Assembly (NCBI GenBank): GCA_046570145.1
Contig: JBKHVJ010000024.1
Coordinates: 37,141-101,140 of the forward strand
Direction of reading: 5' to 3'
Length of the DNA stretch: 64,000 nt
Source: Alphaproteobacteria bacterium
Lineage (GTDB): Bacteria; Pseudomonadota; Alphaproteobacteria; Azospirillales; Azospirillaceae
Shown here piece by piece: positions 35,497 to 44,133 of the stretch. The notes below the pieces were generated by a model. It was not told the origin of the DNA. It saw only the letters and a program-made list of their open reading frames with translations, and did no database searches. Numbering within the stretch: position 1 is the first letter of the stretch; every line of letters starts with the position of its first letter. The translations under genes and the position numbers were made by a program.

Positions 35497-36678
35497 TCAG
35501 GCGATCGACAGCGTCGCCTGACGCTGCGAGGGATCGGCCGCGGCAAAGGCGGTGCCGGTGCCGGTGCCGAGCGGAGCGGTGCTGCGGCCCTCCTCATAGC
35601 CATTGGTGATGTAATGGGTGGTCGCCGCCTGCAGATCGTTGCCGAAGGCCGCCTGCAGGTCCGGATAGCGCGCCAGATAGGCGGAAGCGTCGAAATCCAG
35701 GTTGCGCCCCTCGTTCCGGCCGTGGGTGGCGTAATGCAGCGCCGCCGCCGTCGGATCGTTGCCGAAGGCCCCGATCAGGTCCGGGTTGGCAGCCAGATAG
35801 CCTGTGGCATCGAAATCGATCTGGCGGTTCTCCTCGCGGCCGAACTCGATGTAGTGGCGGGTCGCCTCCGCCGTGTCGGTGCCGAACGCCACGGCAAGGT
35901 CCGGGTTGTTGGCCAGATAGCCGGCGGCGTTGAAGGTCAGGGCGCGCCCTTCGCTCCAGCCGAAGGACTTGTAATGGTCGAAAGCGACCTCGCTGTTGGT
36001 GCCGTAGGCGGCGGCGAGGTCGGAGTTGGCCGCGAGATAGGACAGGGCATCGAACACCGGAGCCGACGCGCTGGCCACCGTCTGGTCGGTGTACTGGATG
36101 AACTCGACGTTGGTCAGCCGGTCGTGGCCGTTGGCGTCGAGCACGTAGATCTCGCCGTTGTGCTTGACGGCGCCGCTGCCGGCCAGCGAGGAACTGCGGG
36201 CCACGGTGTCGATCCCGTCGCTGCCGTCGATGATGTTCACGCCGCTGCCGCCGTCCAGAAGATCGTCGCCCATGCCGCCGTTGATGGTGTCGTCGCCGGC
36301 ATAGCCGCGGATCGTGTCGTTGAAGTTCGACCCGGTGAGGCTGTCGTTGCCGCTCAGCAGCGCGTCGCGGATCGCCTCGGGATCGGTGCCGGCGGCCTCC
36401 CAGCCCAGCGCCGTCGCGACCGGCAGGTTCAACTGCGACACCGACAGGCCGGGAATGCCGTTCGTGGAGTTGGTGACGCTGGCGATGGTGCCTCCGGTCA
36501 GGGTCTGGCCGGTGGCGTCATAAGTGAAATTGCCACGGAAATCGGTGGAGCGGCCGTCGGCATAACCGATGACGAGCTGGTTGGGTGTGGCCACGGCAAC
36601 CGTACCGCCCCGGATGCCCGTAACCCCGAGATCGTCGGTGTTGATGCTGGTCTGGGAACCGGCGCTGACCGATACCAT
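35497..36678 (-). CDS. RTX-like calcium-binding repeat protein with four C-terminal 40-aa tandem repeats
   Basis: The ATG at 36678 is preceded by AAGGAG, and the 1570-aa ORF-track extension is an artefact. GGxGxD nonapeptide text is 'GSNFNDTIRGYAGDDTINGGMGDDLLDGGSGVNIIDGSDGIDT', followed by 'LTNVEFIQYTDQTV'. The protein then has four copies of 'FDA.GYLAANPDL..AFG.D...A..HY...G..EGR'. There is no N-terminal signal peptide. Confidence 0.85.
   Translation of the reverse strand: MVSVSAGSQTSINTDDLGVTGIRGGTVAVATPNQLVIGYADGRSTDFRGNFTYDATGQTLTGGTIASVTNSTNGIPGLSVSQLNLPVATALGWEAAGTDPEAIRDALLSGNDSLTGSNFNDTIRGYAGDDTINGGMGDDLLDGGSGVNIIDGSDGIDTVARSSSLAGSGAVKHNGEIYVLDANGHDRLTNVEFIQYTDQTVASASAPVFDALSYLAANSDLAAAYGTNSEVAFDHYKSFGWSEGRALTFNAAGYLANNPDLAVAFGTDTAEATRHYIEFGREENRQIDFDATGYLAANPDLIGAFGNDPTAAALHYATHGRNEGRNLDFDASAYLARYPDLQAAFGNDLQAATTHYITNGYEEGRSTAPLGTGTGTAFAAADPSQRQATLSIA
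35578..36057 (-). repeat. Four tandem ~120-bp coding repeats
   Basis: The DNA periodicity is visible directly: units begin gccgaaggcc..., gccgaaggcc..., gccgaacgcc..., gccgtaggcg.... They correspond to residues ~208-367 of the RTX-like protein. Confidence 0.85.
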
Positions 36679-36933
36679 TCGGACTCTCCTTAACCTTGCA
36701 TGTTCGACCAAAGGCCTCAAAGCCCGGCAGGTAGAACAAGGAGAGGCCGAATCCGTCCCGGTTTCTCCGGGCATGTTGTCGGACGGCCCCCCTTTGCCCC
36801 CTCCGCTGGCGGCGGCACTCTTTTGCGCACAGCCGAAGGTGGGGGACGAACGGAGGCGCGGCGCCGGAACGCACTCTGTGCTAGGCTGCCGCCCGCAGGG
36901 AGAGAACGTCAAAAGCGGGATGCGAAAAGCCCC

Positions 36934-39900
36934 ATGGAAAGCTGGTTCATCCTGGCCGCATCGATGGCCTATCTGCTGTCGCTGTTCGCCATCGCCTGGT
37001 ACGGCGACCGGACCGGCGACCAGGGCGCCGAGCGGCGCACGCCCTGGCTCTACGCGCTGAGTTTCGGGGTCTACTGCACCTCCTGGACCTTCTACGGCGC
37101 GGTTGGGCGGGCGGCCACCGGCGGCTTCTACTTCCTGCCGATCTATATCGGGCCGATCCTGATGATCGGACTGGGCTGGCCGGTTCTGGCCCGCATCGTG
37201 CGGGTGGCGAAGTCGGAGAACGTCGTCTCCATCTCCGACTTCCTGTCGGCCCGCTACGGCAAGAGCCGCAGCCTGGCAGCGCTCGTCACCGTCGCGGCGG
37301 TGATCGGGCTGCTGCCCTACATCGCCCTGCAGTTGAAGGCGATCAGCGTCAGTTTCGAGATTCTGGCCGGGGCGTCGCTGGGGAGCGACCTGAACCAGAT
37401 GCCGGGCGGCACCGCGCTGATGGCGGCATTGCTGATGGCGGCCTTCGCCATCCTGTTCGGCGTGCGCAGCGTGTCGGCCAACGAACACCACCGCGGCCTG
37501 ATGATGGCCATCGCCGCGGAATCGGTGGTGAAGCTGGCGGCGGCGCTGGCGGTGGGCGGCGCCATCGCCTATTCGGTCTTCGGCGACCCGGCCACCTTCT
37601 TCGAAGCGGCGATGAACCATCCCGGCTTCCTCGACCTGATCCGGCTGGACAGCATCGGCGCGGACTGGTGGGTGGCCTGCCTCCTGTCGGCGCTGGCGAT
37701 CCTGTGCCTGCCGCGCCAGTTCCATGTCGCCGTGGTGGAGAACACCCATGGCGGCGACGTGCGGTCGTCGGCCAAGCTGTTCCCGGCCTATCTGGTCGCC
37801 ATCAACCTGTTCGTGCTGCCGGTGGCATTGGCCGGGCTGATGCTGTTCCCGGACGGCACGACCAACGCCGACACCTTCATGGTCTCCATCCCCTTGAGCC
37901 AGGGCTGGCCGTGGCTGGCACTGGCCGCCTTCATCGGCGGACTGTCGGCGGCCACCAGCATGATCCTGGTGGAGATGGTGGCGCTCAGCACCATGATCTG
38001 CAACGACGTCGCCGTGCCGCTGCTGATGGCTCTGCGCCCCGACGACCGGCGGCTGCGCGACGACCCGGCAGGGATCCTGCTGCTGATCCGCCGGTCGGCG
38101 GTGATCGTGCTGGTCCTGCTGTCCTACGGCTGCTATCGGCTGATCGGCCCGGCCTTTCCGCTGGCGACCATCGGCATGATGAGCTTCACCGCGGTGGCAC
38201 AGTTCGCCCCCGCCCTGCTCGGCGGCCTGATCTGGAGCCGCGCCAGCCGCAGCGGCGCCTTCGCCGGCATCTGCGCCGGCTTCCTCGGCTGGGCCTACAC
38301 CATGCTGCTGCCATCCTTTGCCGATGCGGGATGGCTGGCCTCCAGCGCGTTGCGCGAGGGGCCGTTCGGCCTGACCGGCCTCAGCCCGGTGGCGCTGGCA
38401 GGCATCGCCGGCATCGATCCGCTGACCAACGCCGCGCTGTGGAGCCTTGGGCCGAACATCCTGCTGTTCGTGCTGGTCTCGCTGCTGACCCGGCCGTCGA
38501 CGCTTGAGCGCCAGCAGGCCGCACGTTTCATCAGCCTGCGCCGCTCCGCCGACGGCGAGCCGCACGGACCGCGCGGCGCCACGCTGGCCGACCTGCACGA
38601 CCTTGCCGTCCGCTATGTCGGGCAGGCCCGCGCCGACGCCGCCTTCTGCCGCTTCACCGGGGTGGAGGACGGCGATCTGCGCACCGCGCTGCTGACCCGC
38701 ACCGATGGCGAGGCGATCCAGCTGACCGAGCGGCTGCTCGCCGGTGCGGTCGGCTCCGCCTCGGCCCGCGTGGTGGTGGCAGGCCTGCTGTCCGACCGCC
38801 GGCTGTCGCGCACCGACGCGCGGTCCATCATCGACGAGGCGTCGCGCGCCATCCTGAAGCAGCATGAGCTGCTGCGCGCCACCGTGGAGAATGTGCCCCA
38901 GGGCATCGCCGTGTTCGACGAGGATTGGCGCGTCGCCACCTGGAACAACCAGTTCCTGGTGCTGCTGGACCTGCCCGACGGCTTCGTCCAGGTCGGCACC
39001 TCGCTGCAGGAGATCGTCGGGCTGATCGCGCGGCGCGGCGAGTATGGCCGCAACGGCGAGATCGAGACCCTGCTGGAGCGCCGTTCCGACCCGCGCCGCC
39101 GCAACAAGCCGGACGTCTACGAACGGGTGCGGCCCGACGGCACCGTGCTGGAGATCGCCACCAACCCGATGCCGGGCCCGAAGCCCGGCGGGGGCGGCTT
39201 CGTCGCCGTCTACACCGACGTCACCGAGCGTTACCGCGCCGCCGCCGCCCTCCGCGAAGCCAACGAGACGCTGGAGCGCCGCATCGCCGAGCGCACCCAT
39301 GCCCTGTCCGAAGCGAAGGCGGAGGCCGAGCGCGCCAACCGCGGCAAGACCCGCTTCCTCGCCGCCGCCAGCCACGACCTGCTGCAGCCGCTGCACGCCG
39401 CCCGCCTGTTCCTGTCCGCCCTGGCCGAGCGCAACGGCGACAGCGCCATCCGCCAGATCGACACCTCCTTGCGCTCGGTGGAGCAGATCCTGGGCGACCT
39501 GCTGGACGTGTCCAAGATCGACAGCGGCGTGGTGAAGCCGAACCCGGTGCCGATGCGCATCGAAGAACTGCTGAAGCCGCTGGGCGAGGAGTTCACCGTG
39601 CTGGCGAGCCGCCACGGGCTGGCCCTGCGCGTGGTGGAGTGTTCGGCCATCGTACACAGCGACCCGACGCTGCTGCGGCGCATCCTGCAGAACTACCTCG
39701 CGAATGCCGTGCGCTATACCCGCACCGGCCGCATCCTGCTGGGCTGCCGCCGCCGCGGGAGTTTCCTGTCCATCGAGGTGTGGGACACCGGCCCCGGCAT
39801 CCCCGAGCACAAGGTGCCTGAAATCTTCATGGAGTTCCGGCAGCTCGACAACGATGCCGACGACCGCGGCAAGGGTCTGGGCCTCGGCCTCGCCATCGTC

Positions 39901-40428
39901 GAGCGTCTGGCCGGAATCCTCGGCCATACGGTGCAGGTGCGCTCCAGAGTCGGGCGCGGCAGCGCCTTTTCCGTTCTGGTTCCGCTGACCGACGAGCCGG
40001 TCGCCGCCCGCGCCGTGGTGGTCCGCCCGCGCAGCCGCGACCTGAGCGGCGTCCTGGTGCTGTGTCTGGAGAACGAGCCCGCCATCGCCCGCGCCACCGA
40101 GGATCTGCTGTCGAGCTGGTCCTGCCGCGTCGTCACCGCGGCGGCCCCCGACCTCGCCCTGGCGAAGCTGGAAGGACGCACGCCCGACGTGATACTGACC
40201 GACTACCACCTCGACCGCAGCCTGACGGGAGTGGAAGCCTTGGCAACCCTGCGCGCCGCGCTGGGCAGCGACCTCCCCGCCGCCGTGGTCACCGCCGACC
40301 GCGACGCCGCCGTGCGCGAGGACATCGAAGCGGCGGGCTGCCGCCTGCTCTACAAGCCGGTGCGTCCAGGCGCGCTACGGGCGCTGCTGGGGCAGCTGCT
40401 GGCGGAGGGGCAGCGGATGGCGGGGTAA
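36934..40428 (+). CDS. Hybrid sensor kinase with N-terminal sodium:solute-symporter (SLC5/SSF) domain, PAS, HisKA, HATPase and REC (CrbS/MxtR-like architecture)
   Basis: The start is the ATG at 36934 (MESWFILAASMAYLL). It has ~13 TM segments with SSF-like text 'SISDFLSARYGKSRSLAALV'. A PAS domain follows, with 'ATVENVPQGIAVFDEDWRVATWNNQF'. The H-box is 'FLAAASHDLLQPLHA', the G2 box is 'GKGLGLGLAIVERL', and the receiver is 'PDVILTDYHLD'. Confidence 0.9.
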   Translation: MESWFILAASMAYLLSLFAIAWYGDRTGDQGAERRTPWLYALSFGVYCTSWTFYGAVGRAATGGFYFLPIYIGPILMIGLGWPVLARIVRVAKSENVVSISDFLSARYGKSRSLAALVTVAAVIGLLPYIALQLKAISVSFEILAGASLGSDLNQMPGGTALMAALLMAAFAILFGVRSVSANEHHRGLMMAIAAESVVKLAAALAVGGAIAYSVFGDPATFFEAAMNHPGFLDLIRLDSIGADWWVACLLSALAILCLPRQFHVAVVENTHGGDVRSSAKLFPAYLVAINLFVLPVALAGLMLFPDGTTNADTFMVSIPLSQGWPWLALAAFIGGLSAATSMILVEMVALSTMICNDVAVPLLMALRPDDRRLRDDPAGILLLIRRSAVIVLVLLSYGCYRLIGPAFPLATIGMMSFTAVAQFAPALLGGLIWSRASRSGAFAGICAGFLGWAYTMLLPSFADAGWLASSALREGPFGLTGLSPVALAGIAGIDPLTNAALWSLGPNILLFVLVSLLTRPSTLERQQAARFISLRRSADGEPHGPRGATLADLHDLAVRYVGQARADAAFCRFTGVEDGDLRTALLTRTDGEAIQLTERLLAGAVGSASARVVVAGLLSDRRLSRTDARSIIDEASRAILKQHELLRATVENVPQGIAVFDEDWRVATWNNQFLVLLDLPDGFVQVGTSLQEIVGLIARRGEYGRNGEIETLLERRSDPRRRNKPDVYERVRPDGTVLEIATNPMPGPKPGGGGFVAVYTDVTERYRAAAALREANETLERRIAERTHALSEAKAEAERANRGKTRFLAAASHDLLQPLHAARLFLSALAERNGDSAIRQIDTSLRSVEQILGDLLDVSKIDSGVVKPNPVPMRIEELLKPLGEEFTVLASRHGLALRVVECSAIVHSDPTLLRRILQNYLANAVRYTRTGRILLGCRRRGSFLSIEVWDTGPGIPEHKVPEIFMEFRQLDNDADDRGKGLGLGLAIVERLAGILGHTVQVRSRVGRGSAFSVLVPLTDEPVAARAVVVRPRSRDLSGVLVLCLENEPAIARATEDLLSSWSCRVVTAAAPDLALAKLEGRTPDVILTDYHLDRSLTGVEALATLRAALGSDLPAAVVTADRDAAVREDIEAAGCRLLYKPVRPGALRALLGQLLAEGQRMAG

Positions 40429-40461
40429 TTCTCCCTCTCCCGCCCCGGGGGAGAGGGAGAA
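40429..40461. terminator. 13-bp perfect polypyrimidine/polypurine hairpin between convergent kinase and regulator genes
   Basis: TTCTCCCTCTCCC (40429-40441) pairs with GGGAGAGGGAGAA (40449-40461). It starts immediately after the kinase TAA and ends 2 nt before the regulator stop codon. Confidence 0.7.
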
Positions 40462-40463
40462 AC

Positions 40464-41114
40464 TCACTCCACCGGCGGCGGGGGAGCGGACGACAGCGCC
40501 AGTTGGCTCGCCAGCACCGCGGCCTGCGTCCTCGTCAGCACGCCCAGCTTGCGCAGGATCGTCGTGACGTGGGCCTTCACCGTCGTCTCGGCGACGTTCA
40601 TCTCATAGGCGATCTGCTTGTTCAGCTTGCCCTCGGCAATTCCGGCCAGGACGCGGAGCTGCTGCGGCGTCAGCGTGGCGGCGCGCTGGGCCGGGTCGGG
40701 GGCGTCGGTCTCGGGGCCGCCGTTGATCTCCGGCAGCCACAGCTCGCCGTCCAGCACGGCGTGGATCGCCTCGACGATCTGGGTGTTGGGGGCGGACTTC
40801 GGCACGAAGCCGGAAGCGCCATAGTCGATGGCGCGCTGGATGGTGACCGGATCCTCCGACGCCGACACCACGATCACCGGGATCGCCGGATGTTCGGAGC
40901 GCAGCATCATCAGACCGATCAGTCCGCTCATGCCGGGCATGTGCAGGTCGAGCAGGATGATGTCCGGCGGCTCGCCGGTGTCCAGCAGCGGCTTGATCTG
41001 CTCGAATCGCGACGCCTCCAGGATCACGGCGCCGGGGATCGCCTGCCCGATGGTCTGGGTCAGCGCGGTGCGCATCAGCGGGTGGTCGTCAGCGATCAGA
41101 ATGCGGTGCGACAT
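40464..41114 (-). CDS. LuxR/FixJ (NarL)-family response regulator (CrbR/ErdR-like)
   Basis: The ATG at 41114 (MSHRILIADDHPLMR) is preceded by GAAGG. The REC text is 'IILLDLHMPGMSG'. The LuxR HTH is 'LTPQQLRVLAGIAEGKLNKQIAYEMNVAETTVKAHVTTILRKLGV'. Confidence 0.92.
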   Translation of the reverse strand: MSHRILIADDHPLMRTALTQTIGQAIPGAVILEASRFEQIKPLLDTGEPPDIILLDLHMPGMSGLIGLMMLRSEHPAIPVIVVSASEDPVTIQRAIDYGASGFVPKSAPNTQIVEAIHAVLDGELWLPEINGGPETDAPDPAQRAATLTPQQLRVLAGIAEGKLNKQIAYEMNVAETTVKAHVTTILRKLGVLTRTQAAVLASQLALSSAPPPPVE

Positions 41115-41240
41115 CGGCCTTCTGGGACTTTCCGGGTATGGACATTCCGGGTTTGAAACCGTCCCGGCAGTATCCGCTTGCAGCCGACCGTTGACAACTG
41201 CGCCCAATGCCGCGCGTCGAAGTTTCCGATGGATTTTCCC

Positions 41241-42254
41241 TTATCCGTCCGCGGATGGGATGGCACCGGCGCTGGTGCGTTCGTGGATGGCCTGGCGGCG
41301 GAAGCGGTACAACTCCGCCGGACGGCCGCCGGTCTGGCTTTCATATTGCCCGGTGGGCTCGACGAAGCCGCCGGAGATCATCAGGCGCCGGAAATTCTGC
41401 TTGTGCACCCGCTCGCCCGACAGCGCCTCCACCACCAGCTGCAGCTGGTGCAGGGTGAAGGTCGGCGGCAGCAGTTCGAAGACGATGGGGCGGTAGCGCA
41501 GCTTGCCGCGCAGCCGTTCGAGCGCGGTCGCCAGGATGCGCCGGCCGTCGCGCGCCATCGGACGACCCAGCGCCCGCGGCATCGGCCCGCCGGGCTCCAC
41601 CGCCGCATCGATCCGTGCCGCGAGGTCGCGGTCGCGGAAGGCCTCCACCACCAGCCCGGCCTCGTAGAGCAGTTCGAAGCGCTCCAGCACCCGTTCCATG
41701 TCCCATTCGGCGCCATCCAGGCCGAAGGCCATCTGGGCACGTTCGGCCCGGCGCAGGCGGGTCCCGTCGTCGGCCGCCGACGCGATCCAGCCGCCGAGCG
41801 CCGGGGCGATCACGCCGTCCACCAGCGGCGGGCGCCGGTCGCGCCAATCCTCCCACGGGAAATGGTCGTAGAGGTCGCGCCATTCGGCCGAGGCGTCGCC
41901 GCCCAGCGGGCCGTCGCGGACCAGGGCCAGATAGCCGACAACGACCGACCGCGGGCCGCCGAACAGCTCGTGCGGGTCGCGGTAGCGGTCACCGAAGGTG
42001 TAGAGCTGCTCGACATAGCGCAGCGCGAGGCCCGACAGCCCCTCCGCCACCGCGCGCACGCCCTCCTGCAGGGTGCGGAAGCGGTCGGGCTCGAAGGGCG
42101 CGCCCGGCAGGGCATCGCGATGCGGCAACGGTTCGTCGCCGCGCCGGTGATCTTCCGGCACGGCGAAGCCGCTGCGCACCGTCACCACGCGCGGCGTCCC
42201 GCCGGTCACCGCCACGATGGCGACCGACAGGCCGAGTTGCAGTAGCTGGGTCAC
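41241..42254 (-). CDS. NrtR/NadQ-like regulator (degenerate Nudix domain + C-terminal winged helix)
   Basis: The GTG at 42254 is preceded by AAGGAGAGGGG, and the ORF also opens at GTG 42275. The Nudix-like region has a degenerate box, 'LQEGVRAVAEGLSGL', that lacks the REx2EE glutamates. The C-terminal part 'FTLHQLQLVVEALSGERVHKQNFRRLM...GGRPAELYRF' is typical of the NrtR wHTH. Confidence 0.7.
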   Translation of the reverse strand: MTQLLQLGLSVAIVAVTGGTPRVVTVRSGFAVPEDHRRGDEPLPHRDALPGAPFEPDRFRTLQEGVRAVAEGLSGLALRYVEQLYTFGDRYRDPHELFGGPRSVVVGYLALVRDGPLGGDASAEWRDLYDHFPWEDWRDRRPPLVDGVIAPALGGWIASAADDGTRLRRAERAQMAFGLDGAEWDMERVLERFELLYEAGLVVEAFRDRDLAARIDAAVEPGGPMPRALGRPMARDGRRILATALERLRGKLRYRPIVFELLPPTFTLHQLQLVVEALSGERVHKQNFRRLMISGGFVEPTGQYESQTGGRPAELYRFRRQAIHERTSAGAIPSADG

Positions 42255-42260
42255 GGGACG

Positions 42261-42285
42261 CCCCTCTCCTTGCACTGGAGAGGGG
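42261..42285 (-). terminator. 9-bp perfect hairpin downstream of gltA, overlapping the SD of the next gene
   Basis: CCCCTCTCC (42261-42269) pairs with GGAGAGGGG (42277-42285) around a 7-nt loop. It lies 18 nt after the gltA stop, and on the transcribed strand one arm is the AAGGAGAGGGG SD of the NadQ-like gene. Confidence 0.55.
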
Positions 42286-42303
42286 ACGTCCGATGGTCTG
42301 GGG

Positions 42304-43635
42304 TCAACGCTTGTCCAGCGGCACGAAGGGACGGGCGGCGTGGCCGGTGAAGAGCTGGCGGGGTCGGCCGATCTTCTGGGCCGGATCCTCGATCATCTCC
42401 TTCCACTGGCTGATCCAGCCGACGGTGCGGGCGAGCGCGAACAGCACGGTGAACATGCTGGTCGGGAAGCCCATCGCCTTCAGGATGATGCCCGAGTAGA
42501 AGTCCACATTCGGATAGAGCTTCTTCTCGATGAAGTACTCGTCCGACAGGGCGATCCTTTCCAGTTCCATGGCGATGGCCAGATGCGGCTCGTCATGGAT
42601 GCCCAGGCGGTCGAGAACCTGATAGCAGGTCTCGCGCATGATCTTGGCGCGCGGGTCGTAGTTCTTGTAGACGCGGTGGCCGAAGCCCATCAGGCGGAAG
42701 CTGTCGTTCTTGTCCTTGGCGCGGCGGACGAATTCGGGGATGCGGTCGACCGAGCCGATCTCCTCCAGCATCTTCAGCACGGCCTCGTTGGCGCCGCCAT
42801 GGGCCGGCCCCCACAATGCCGCGATGCCCGACGCGATGCAGGCGAACGGATTGGCATGGGACGAACCGGCGAGCCGGACGGTGGAGGTCGAGGCGTTCTG
42901 CTCGTGGTCGGCATGCAGGATGAAGATCTTGTCCATCGCCTCGGACAGGACCGGATCGACCGTCCATTCCTCGCACGGCGTGCCGAAGGTCATGTAGAGG
43001 AAGTTTTCCGCGTAGGACAGGTCGTTGCGCGGATACATGAACGGTTCGCCGACCGTGTATTTGTGGGCCATGGCGGCCATCGTCGGCATCTTGGCGATCA
43101 GGCGGTGGGCGGCGATCTTGCGCTGGACCGGATCGAAGATGTCGGTGGAGTCGTGATAGAAGGCCGACAGGGCGCCGACGACGCCACACATGATCGCCAT
43201 CGGGTGGGCATCGCGGCGGAAGCCGCTGTAGAACTTGGCCAGCTGTTCATGCACCATCGTGTGATAGGTGATGGTGCGCTCGAAATCGGTCTTCTGCTGC
43301 GGGTTCGGCAGTTCGCCGTTCAGCAGCAGGTGGCAGACCTCCAGGAAGTCGCAGTTCTCGGCCAGATCGGCGATGGCATAGCCGCGGTGCAGCAGGACGC
43401 CCTCGTCACCGTCGATGTAGGTGATGGCCGAATCGCAGGCGGCGGTGGAGGTGAAGCCGGGATCGTAGGTGAAATAGCCGGTCTCGGCATAGAGCTTGCG
43501 GATGTCGATCACGTTGGGACCGGTGGACCCGCCCAGCAGCGGCAGCTTCAGCGTCTTGCCGGTGGCGTCGTCGGTCAGCGTGACGGTGCCGACCTGGGTC
43601 ACATCGCCGTGCGGTGTATGCTTGCTCGATTCCAT
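42304..43635 (-). CDS. gltA: Citrate synthase (type II)
   Basis: The ATG at 43635 ([10 protein letters not shown]) is preceded by AAGGAG. The text includes '[31 protein letters not shown]', '[16 protein letters not shown]', and the signature '[14 protein letters not shown]'. Confidence 0.95.
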   Translation of the reverse strand: MESSKHTPHGDVTQVGTVTLTDDATGKTLKLPLLGGSTGPNVIDIRKLYAETGYFTYDPGFTSTAACDSAITYIDGDEGVLLHRGYAIADLAENCDFLEVCHLLLNGELPNPQQKTDFERTITYHTMVHEQLAKFYSGFRRDAHPMAIMCGVVGALSAFYHDSTDIFDPVQRKIAAHRLIAKMPTMAAMAHKYTVGEPFMYPRNDLSYAENFLYMTFGTPCEEWTVDPVLSEAMDKIFILHADHEQNASTSTVRLAGSSHANPFACIASGIAALWGPAHGGANEAVLKMLEEIGSVDRIPEFVRRAKDKNDSFRLMGFGHRVYKNYDPRAKIMRETCYQVLDRLGIHDEPHLAIAMELERIALSDEYFIEKKLYPNVDFYSGIILKAMGFPTSMFTVLFALARTVGWISQWKEMIEDPAQKIGRPRQLFTGHAARPFVPLDKR

Positions 43636-43836
43636 GACCTTGTCACACTCCTTGCTGTCCGGCCGGGCGGGCCTGTCGGTCTCCGCAGCCGGACCTTGGT
43701 GGTTGGCCCGTTCTTCGCGCGCTTTGGCACCTTGCGGCACCGCGCCGTCTTCTCCCGGTCTCCGAAGGATCGGTCAGGATCGGAACCCGCACCCGTCCAA
43801 TGTCGTTGACTCCTCCGGAAGATAGCAGAGGACATC

Positions 43837-44100
43837 ATGACCGACACGCCTCAAACGCGCATCCCCTCCGAAGGAATGCCCCACCCCGACAAACCCGTAT
43901 CGGACAAGCCCGCATCGGGCAAATCCGGTTCCGACACCCACGACCGGACCCCGGCGGGCGAACGCTCCCCGCGCGAGGACATGACCAAGACGCCCGGCGA
44001 CGGCACCCTGCAGGACGCCACCCCGGCCGGCATGTCGTCGAAGGAACTGCGGGAACGGGCCGAGGACACCGACGGCTCGACCCAGCCCGGCACCGGCTGA
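43837..44100 (+). CDS. Small Pro/Asp/Thr-rich, probably disordered hypothetical protein (87 aa)
   Basis: The ATG at 43837 is preceded by AGAGGA, and codons end strongly in G/C, which is consistent with coding. The composition is low-complexity and acidic. I recognise no family. Confidence 0.45.
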   Translation: MTDTPQTRIPSEGMPHPDKPVSDKPASGKSGSDTHDRTPAGERSPREDMTKTPGDGTLQDATPAGMSSKELRERAEDTDGSTQPGTG

Positions 44101-44133
44101 CGCCGTCCCGGCCGCGGGAATCCGGAAGGTCGC

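Noticed and set aside
36814-36826. GGCACTCTTTTGC upstream of the SLC5-kinase gene, considered as a sigma-54 promoter. TGGCACCTTGC at 43725-43735 near gltA was considered in the same way.
   Set aside because: The GG-to-GC spacing is 9 nt in the first and far too short in the second, instead of the invariant 10 nt. I do not regard either as a sigma-54 promoter.
35497-40209. ORF-track 'giant' ORFs that extend real genes far upstream: 35497..40209 (-), 14009..16525 (-), 49561..53472 (+), 56555..58879 (-), 14812..16983 (+), 17036..18658 (+) and 28446..32495 (-).
   Set aside because: Only the 3' portion of each has recognisable protein-family sequence. It is preceded by an internal start with an SD, and the upstream parts overlap other well-supported genes on the opposite strand. 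I trimmed them to the RTX-like gene, gloB, the D-LDH gene, dadA, ispE and the hybrid kinase gene respectively; 14812..16983 has no coding portion and was discarded in favour of the methyltransferase gene (14831..15640), which lies in a different frame.
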